DNA of 64,000 nucleotides. It comes from a virus. The stretch spans positions 46,922 through 110,921 of the IMG/VR virus record IMGVR_UViG_3300042294_004068; one strand, written 5' to 3'. Below, piece by piece: positions 59,767 to 64,000 of this stretch (the stretch's first letter is position 1; each line of letters begins with the position of its first letter). A model generated the notes under the pieces. It searched no databases, was not told the origin of the DNA, and worked only from the letters and a program-made list of their open reading frames with translations. The position numbers were made by a program, and so were the translations under genes.

Positions 59767-60372
59767 TTATTCCTCTACCGCGTACTCTGCTAAATTATCT
59801 TTAGTAATTTTTTCACCAGCGTCCCAGCGGGCTACGAGGTCTTTTCCTTTTTCAACATCAATGTCTGTGATTTCTGAGCCGTCATACTCTTCTGACATCT
59901 CAGGAGTGGCAGGAACCCACTTACCCTCGTTGCGGAAGAAAGTACCAAGCCCAGCAACCGTGAAGACAACAGCTGTGACGTCACCAGCATCGTTAGACAA
60001 AGCCTCTACGGCTTGTTCTAAACCGACTTGCTCGTCGATTACCATCATTTCCTCCATCATTTGCGGGGTTAGAGTCAGTCCATAACCAGTTAGAAGCGCA
60101 GAGTCATCCTCTGTGAACTTTCTGATTCGATAGGTACCGTCGAACGCAGCAAACTCAATTGTACCCTCGGTTTTCTTAACTAACTCTGGATCAACTGGGT
60201 AAAACATGCCGCGTCCTCCACGAACGAGGATGCCGCTATCGGCTTCATCGTCGTCTCCCTCATATACAAACTGAACTACATCGAATAGAGGGAATTTGCT
60301 TTGGTTTTCTCCAGATAGTTTTTCAATAACACCTGGAGTCCCAAAAATTACTTCTTCAGAGATAAGAGCCAT
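59767..60372 (-). CDS. Hypothetical acidic protein
   Basis: TAATG-coupled to giant upstream gene; no motif recognised. Confidence 0.65.
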   Translation of the reverse strand: MALISEEVIFGTPGVIEKLSGENQSKFPLFDVVQFVYEGDDDEADSGILVRGGRGMFYPVDPELVKKTEGTIEFAAFDGTYRIRKFTEDDSALLTGYGLTLTPQMMEEMMVIDEQVGLEQAVEALSNDAGDVTAVVFTVAGLGTFFRNEGKWVPATPEMSEEYDGSEITDIDVEKGKDLVARWDAGEKITKDNLAEYAVEE

Positions 60373-63300
60373 TATTTCTTAGCCCCTTTCTTTTTCTTTT
60401 TGCCAGAAACCATGTCTGCCAAATCAGTAAGACCTTCAGTCATAAGACGCTCGATGAGCTTCTCTCGGATAGCTGCTGGCATTGACATGGATGAAATGTC
60501 TGCCCATGAAAGGTTCTTCTTAAACATCAACTCTCCGTAGTTGTTGCTTAGAGACTGAACGATATCCTCTGAGTCAGATTGAAGCTGACCATACTTATCG
60601 GAGTTGTTCTTGTAGTAATCCAAACGACGAAGAACTTTTCGTGAATCGAAGTACAAAGCAAAGCTTGTAGAAGTGCTTGAACCTTTAGATGATGGAGAGG
60701 CAAAAACATAGTTTCCGCCGTTAGCATCAATATCTGCAGATGAAGACATTCCGCTCTTGTTAATTCCGTTCATCCAACGAGTAGCAGTTGCGTAGACGCC
60801 TCCTGATGTAACAACGTTGTAAAACCAGTCAACAGTGTTGGTCTGGTCTCCACCCTTCCAATTGTGAACAATGTATGGAGAGAATCCAGTTTTTTCCATC
60901 AACTTTTCTACAGCGGACTCTGGCATGTAATAGTTAACTCGACCACGAGCAAGTGGGTCTACGACAACTTCAACATCAGCTGCTGTGAATCCATATTCAT
61001 CCTTAATGTACTCAAGGGTCTTCTCACGGAGTTCACCTGCGTAGTTCTTCTTTCCATCGGTAGAAGAGCCAAGCAACCAAATCATTTTGTTTTCAATAAC
61101 ACCTTGAACATCAGATTCAAGTGCTGGACGAACTTGAGAGATTCCACCCAAAGAGTTAAGGGCCTCAGCTACATCCTCAGAAGTTGCATCTGCTGGAAGA
61201 TAGATTTCTGCTTTGTTGTGGAAGGAAACAGCGTATGGACTACTACTGTGGTACTTAAAGAAGTCCACTTCAGTATCATCAATAGACTTACTTGCTCTGT
61301 GAAGAAGGAAAGTTCCCTTTCCAGCAGGTCCTTCAAAAGTTACACCGTTTTTATTTGAGTCAACTGTGCTTGTATCCCAAGTGTCTTTCCAAACGAGAGA
61401 ACCATCTGCCTTCTTCTCCCACTTATCCAAACGCAATGCTTTTGTTTTAGTTACATTCGGGTCAGAATCTGCTTTAGCAACTATTTGCTTTCCAGCCCAG
61501 TTAGTTAAAGTGAACTGAAGACGAATCTTCTTTTCGCCATTCTTGTCTGTAACCATTCCAACGTGGACTTCTAGGTCCTCGATTGAATCTGAGTCAAGAA
61601 GAGTAGTTGAACCATTTGCAGCTTCTCCAGCATTGTCATTCTTTGCCATCTTCAACGAGTCTTCTAGTGAAGGCACATCTGGATGTGGAGATTGCGAATA
61701 GTCAGGTGCGGCATCTAGTGTTTGAACAGCAAAACCTGGACCGTTGACAGAGAACTTATCCTTTAGAGCTTTAGCTTCTGCTTCCAATTGAGCTTTCTTC
61801 AAAGCATCTGCTTGCTTCTTTGCATAAGCCTCGCCTTTAGCCTTTGCTGCAGCCTTAGACTTGTCAAAAAGTGTTGGGTCAAGAGTAATGTCTAGTTCTT
61901 TTGCTTGCTCAGGAGTAATAAACTTCTCACGGGACCACAACTTGTCAGACTTTGTGCTCTTAGTCTGTCCTGCAAGAGGTCCATCAAAGTATGAAACAAA
62001 AATTTCACCACTTTTTGCATCTTGTTTTGAAATTACACCGTAGCTAGTCAAGTCTTGGTCAGAATCGTTTGGGCTTACGTTTTGAACCAAAATTCCTGGA
62101 ACCATGTTCTTAGAGTTTGGGTCTTTAATAAACTCGCCACTTAAAAAACTCTTGTAATCGCTGTAATCATTTGCTCCATAAGCAGCTAAGTGACCAACAG
62201 AGTTTTTTTCTACTGCTTTAGATTCAACATCTTTGATTGCAGTAGCACCAGCAAGGTCAGTACCTTCAAAAGTTGGAAGTTCAACTGCAGGTTCTGGATT
62301 GTTTACAGGTGCAGGACTTGTTGGCTCTTTAGGAGTTGTTGGTGTTCCACCACTTCCACCAGTTGGGCCATCATCTTCTGGCTTGTCAGGCTTTACACCT
62401 GAAGTGTCCTGAATATCTAGATAGGTTGAAACCTTCCAGTTCTTCTTGCCATCATCCCATTGAACCTTGGCAACGTCTGTGTAGGTGTAACCCTGTGGAT
62501 TTGATTTGCTCTTAGATGTAACAAGCTCATCCTTAAGTGAAACAACCTTTCCAGTCTTACCAGTCTTAGTATCTTTGACAATCATTCCAACCTTAATTGG
62601 AGTCTTGCCATCAGCAGATACATAAGCACCCTTCTTTGTTGGAATTGCAGAAGGAGCGATAGTTCCTGGAGTTTCTGGCTTAGATTTTGAGATAACCTTG
62701 CTTGGAGTTACCTTTGCTTTCCACTTCTCGTTCTCAATACGGCTAGAAAGAGCTGTGTATGAGTGCCAACGTCCTGCAAGAGTTTTAACTCTTGTAGTTC
62801 CATCAGAACCCTTAATTCTGTGATAGACACTAAAGGTGTTGTCAGAGTTGCGCTTCACCATTGTATAAATAGTTGAGCCAGCAGGTGTTACATTCTCAGC
62901 AACAACAATGTCACCGTTTTCGATGACAGAGATTCCCTTCTCATCTTTAACCTTTGCCCAAATCAAATCTGGGTCTAAAGGCTTCTTTAACTCTTCAGCA
63001 AGTGCATCAGCATCGATTGGCTCCACTTCATCTTCTGGAGCAGCATCTTCATCTGGTGTCAGTGCTTGAGCAAGGTCAGACTGAATCTTTTCTTCAGGAG
63101 TTGCATCTGCAGGAGCAGATACAGTGTTGATGTCCTCAAGAATTGAATCGATAAGCTCATCGTTAGAGCCTTCCTGCCCCTTGAGAGACTCAAGTAGGTC
63201 CTTTGTCTTGCCCTTGCTACCAAAAAGCTTTTCTGCAAGAGCTGAAACTTCGTCAAGAACCTTTTGTTTCTCAACTGGATCAATCTGAGCAGCTTCTGGT

Positions 63301-63998
63301 GCCTGTGGAAGTTCCTTCTCAGGTGTTGGAGCAGCCTCTGGTGCTTCTGTAGCAGAAGAATCACTTTGCTCAAACTTAGAGAGGGTGTAGTTCTTCTTCA
63401 CACCATCTTCACCGATTGCTGAAAGATTAATGTTGCCGTTCTGTGGGTTCTTCCACACTCCCTTTGGAGTTACAACTCTCTCTTTTCCGTTGTACTTGAA
63501 CGCAATCTTCTTTCCAGCATCTTGTGCAGCAGTAATTTGTGCTTCAATGTCACCTGCAGCATCAATAACAACTGTATTGGTATCAACAACTGGCTTCTTT
63601 GGCTCTTCGGCAGGTGTTTCTTCTGCTTGTCCGCCCAAGAAACGGTCGATTAGATATTGACGACGTGCCTTAAGAGTTTCTTTAACTGACTCAGCAGTGT
63701 CTGGGTCAGAGAAGGCAGCATCTACAAGCTCATCAATCTTTTCTGGAGTTATTGCTTGTACCTTTTTAACAGACTCAGCGATTTCTTCATCGCTCATATC
63801 TCCAAAGATGTCTGCAGCCTGTGCGTTCTGCTTTGCATCACGCATCGAGTCAACTTGTGTTGCTTCAGGACCAAACTCCTTGTCAGTTCCACCCTGTGCA
63901 CGGAATAGTAGAGAACCACCAGCATCAATACGAGCGATGTTTCCATCCTTGTCAACAAGCATGTTGTCATACTCAAGGCCAACTACATCGTAGTTACC
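60372..63998 (-). CDS. Giant head-region protein, 5'-truncated; kinase-like, WYL-like and ART-like segments
   Basis: Frame is open to the window edge (GNYDVVGLEYDNMLVD...RIDAGGSLLFRAQG); KIAFKYNGKERVVTP...KNYTLSK; C-terminal IVHN..GG..A...NYVF...ELMFK. Confidence 0.7.
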   Translation of the reverse strand, partial: GNYDVVGLEYDNMLVDKDGNIARIDAGGSLLFRAQGGTDKEFGPEATQVDSMRDAKQNAQAADIFGDMSDEEIAESVKKVQAITPEKIDELVDAAFSDPDTAESVKETLKARRQYLIDRFLGGQAEETPAEEPKKPVVDTNTVVIDAAGDIEAQITAAQDAGKKIAFKYNGKERVVTPKGVWKNPQNGNINLSAIGEDGVKKNYTLSKFEQSDSSATEAPEAAPTPEKELPQAPEAAQIDPVEKQKVLDEVSALAEKLFGSKGKTKDLLESLKGQEGSNDELIDSILEDINTVSAPADATPEEKIQSDLAQALTPDEDAAPEDEVEPIDADALAEELKKPLDPDLIWAKVKDEKGISVIENGDIVVAENVTPAGSTIYTMVKRNSDNTFSVYHRIKGSDGTTRVKTLAGRWHSYTALSSRIENEKWKAKVTPSKVISKSKPETPGTIAPSAIPTKKGAYVSADGKTPIKVGMIVKDTKTGKTGKVVSLKDELVTSKSKSNPQGYTYTDVAKVQWDDGKKNWKVSTYLDIQDTSGVKPDKPEDDGPTGGSGGTPTTPKEPTSPAPVNNPEPAVELPTFEGTDLAGATAIKDVESKAVEKNSVGHLAAYGANDYSDYKSFLSGEFIKDPNSKNMVPGILVQNVSPNDSDQDLTSYGVISKQDAKSGEIFVSYFDGPLAGQTKSTKSDKLWSREKFITPEQAKELDITLDPTLFDKSKAAAKAKGEAYAKKQADALKKAQLEAEAKALKDKFSVNGPGFAVQTLDAAPDYSQSPHPDVPSLEDSLKMAKNDNAGEAANGSTTLLDSDSIEDLEVHVGMVTDKNGEKKIRLQFTLTNWAGKQIVAKADSDPNVTKTKALRLDKWEKKADGSLVWKDTWDTSTVDSNKNGVTFEGPAGKGTFLLHRASKSIDDTEVDFFKYHSSSPYAVSFHNKAEIYLPADATSEDVAEALNSLGGISQVRPALESDVQGVIENKMIWLLGSSTDGKKNYAGELREKTLEYIKDEYGFTAADVEVVVDPLARGRVNYYMPESAVEKLMEKTGFSPYIVHNWKGGDQTNTVDWFYNVVTSGGVYATATRWMNGINKSGMSSSADIDANGGNYVFASPSSKGSSTSTSFALYFDSRKVLRRLDYYKNNSDKYGQLQSDSEDIVQSLSNNYGELMFKKNLSWADISSMSMPAAIREKLIERLMTEGLTDLADMVSGKKKKKGAKK

Positions 63999-64000
63999 AA

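Overview
This is a 64 kb internal fragment of a large, AT-leaning, long-tailed (sipho-type) dsDNA phage read in the standard genetic code. Two whiB genes and the head/tail gene set point to an actinobacterial host, probably a low-GC freshwater lineage (inference). There are two convergent arms. The + strand arm (1-26929) is a ~27 kb accessory virion-fibre island. It holds seven Gly-Pro-Thr collagen-like genes built from shared modules, two large repeat/glycine-rich proteins, beta-propeller and carbohydrate-binding-like partners, an S8 protease, and a terminal SAM-methyltransferase / GT2-TPR glycosyltransferase / flavin-dependent halogenase trio. The - strand arm (64000-26922) starts with a giant multi-domain head-region protein (kinase-like, WYL-like, ART-like). 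It continues through a 1395 aa capsid-maturation polyprotein, scaffold-fused major capsid plus a second capsid-like protein, major tail, adaptor, terminator, a frameshifted tail chaperone, tape measure, Dit, Tal-like and tail fibre genes. It ends with PolA, RuvC-like, SNF2 helicase, Cas4-like exonuclease, Sak4-like ATPase, SSB, a GT-B-like protein and two WhiB proteins. The best candidates for new biology are (1) a spore-BclA-like glyco-collagen coat system on a phage, (2) the kinase/WYL/ART multi-enzyme head protein, and (3) a His-Gly beta-module inserted, partly in nested fashion, into five different virion proteins. No tRNA, CRISPR array, integrase, reverse transcriptase or lysis genes were recognised. 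All family calls are by eye from motifs; no searches were run.
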